Source: Chiloscyllium plagiosum (Eukaryota). Taken from it: a stretch of DNA of 64,000 nucleotides. Made by a program: the position numbers and the translations under genes. The stretch spans positions 106,196,576 through 106,260,575 of the forward strand of contig NC_057716.1 in assembly GCF_004010195.1 (NCBI RefSeq), given 5' to 3'. Shown here piece by piece: positions 62,811-64,000 of the stretch (the stretch's first letter is position 1; every line of letters begins with the position of its first letter). The notes beneath the pieces were generated by a model. It ran no database searches. It saw nothing but the letters and a program-made list of their open reading frames with translations, and was not told where the DNA came from.

Positions 62811-63488
62811 TGGATGTAGGATTGTTCGCTGAGCTGGAAGGTTCATTACCAGACGTTTTGTTACCCTCCTAGGTAACATCTTCACTGGGCCTCAGACGAA
62901 GCAATGCTGAAAATTCCTGCTTTCTATTTATATGTTTGGGTTTCTTTGGGTTTGTGATGTCATTTCCTGCGGTGATATTATTTCCTGTGGAGAAGTCACT
63001 TCCTCTTCCTTTTCTCAGGGGGTGGTAGATGAGGTCTAGCCTTTGTGTTTGTTGATAGAGTTCCGGTTGGAATGCCATGCTTCTAGGAATTCTCGTGCGT
63101 GTCTTTGTTTAGCCTGTCCTAGAATGGATGTGTTGTCCCAGTCAAAGTGGTGTTCTTCCTCCTCCATATGTGAGGATACTAGTGAGAGAGGGTCATGTCG
63201 TTTTGTGGCTAGTTGATGTTTATGTATCCTGGTGGCTAGTTTTCTGCCTTTTTTTTGTCCAATGTAGTGTTTGTTACAGTGTAAGAAAAGGAACAGGAAG
63301 TGACTTCACCACAGGAAATAACATCACCACAGGAAATGACATCACCAACCCAAAGAAACCCAAACACATAAATAGAAAGCAGGAATTTTCAGTATTGCTT
63401 CGCCTGAGGCCCACTGAAGATGTTACCTAGTAGGGTAATGAAATGTCTGGAAATGAACCTTCCAGCTCAGCGAACAAACCTACATCCA
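62811..63488. mobile_element. Penelope-like element remnant (third family) with about 200-bp inverted termini
   Basis: 62811-63012 is the reverse complement of 63285-63488; both arms translate to GSDFxTGNNITxGNDITNPKKPKHINRKQEF. Confidence 0.8.
63411..63450 (+). ncRNA. Minimal hammerhead ribozyme motif (Penelope-associated)
   Basis: CCA-CTGAAGA-t-GTTACC-tagtag-GGTAAT-GAAA-TGTC-TGG: core boxes, stem II, stem I CCA/TGG, GUC cleavage triplet. Confidence 0.7.
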
Positions 63489-63867
63489 CTGTGGGTGGCA
63501 CAGTGGTTAGCACTGCTGCCTCACAGCGCCAGAGACCCGGGTTCAATTCCCGCCTCAGGCGACTGGCATATGGGTAATGGACACAAAGGTCCCAATCTAA
63601 TATTCTGAGTTCGAAGGGAATCAAGAGTTCTGGGGAATGGCAGGAAAATGGAGTTGAGGATTATCAGATCAGACATCAAAGCGCTGAATGAAAGAGCAGA
63701 CTAAATGGGCTGAATGGCCTACTTCTGCTCCTATGTCTTAATGGGTTGTTTGTTGGGTGTTCCCCCTCTCTTTAATGTAAGGTAATGTGTCAATTTAATC
63801 AACTATCTAGTGAGGCAGTGGCTGGTTCTTGGTGAGAGCTAATAGTGATGCTTCTCTTGTTGAACAG

Positions 63868-64000
63868 CGATTGCTGCCATCTTGCTTGAGATCCGCATGG
63901 GCTGTCTGCAGGAGAAGATTCCAGAAGAAACACAGAAATTCATCGCTGCTGTCACAACAATGTTCCGTTCGCTGGTCTACTGCGAATATTTACCAAGGTG
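63868..64000 (+). CDS. CYP27A1: CYP27A-like P450, exon 4 (cut by window end)
   Basis: aacag|CG; (A)IAAILLEIRMGCLQEKIPEETQKFIAAVTTMFRSLVYCEYLPR, matching the CYP27 ILxExRxGCL..IPExT motif. Confidence 0.88.

Overview
Eukaryotic, repeat-rich genomic DNA, most likely from a shark (inferred from elasmobranch HE1/V-SINEs, SacSINE1-like SINEs, CR1 LINEs and Penelope elements). No prokaryotic features. Three gaps of exactly 500 N (389-888, 35717-36216, 53998-54497) divide the window into blocks. Block 889-35716 holds the last four coding exons of SPEG (second kinase domain and stop) on +, a probable long 3'UTR and an orphan promoter with a non-coding first exon (possibly SPEGNB). Block 36217-53997 holds three N-terminal SPEG exons (about exons 3-5) on -, i.e. 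downstream of and inverted relative to the SPEG 3' end, most likely a scaffolding mis-order/inversion. Block 54498-64000 holds exons 2-4 of a divergent CYP27A-type mitochondrial P450 on +. All exon phases join in frame. The rest is transposon debris and minisatellites. The Penelope terminal repeats carry minimal hammerhead-ribozyme motifs of at least four sequence families and often occur as fold-back inverted pairs. Gene and repeat family calls come from remembered sequence similarity, not from searches, and repeat boundaries are approximate. I do not see a clearly novel biological system.
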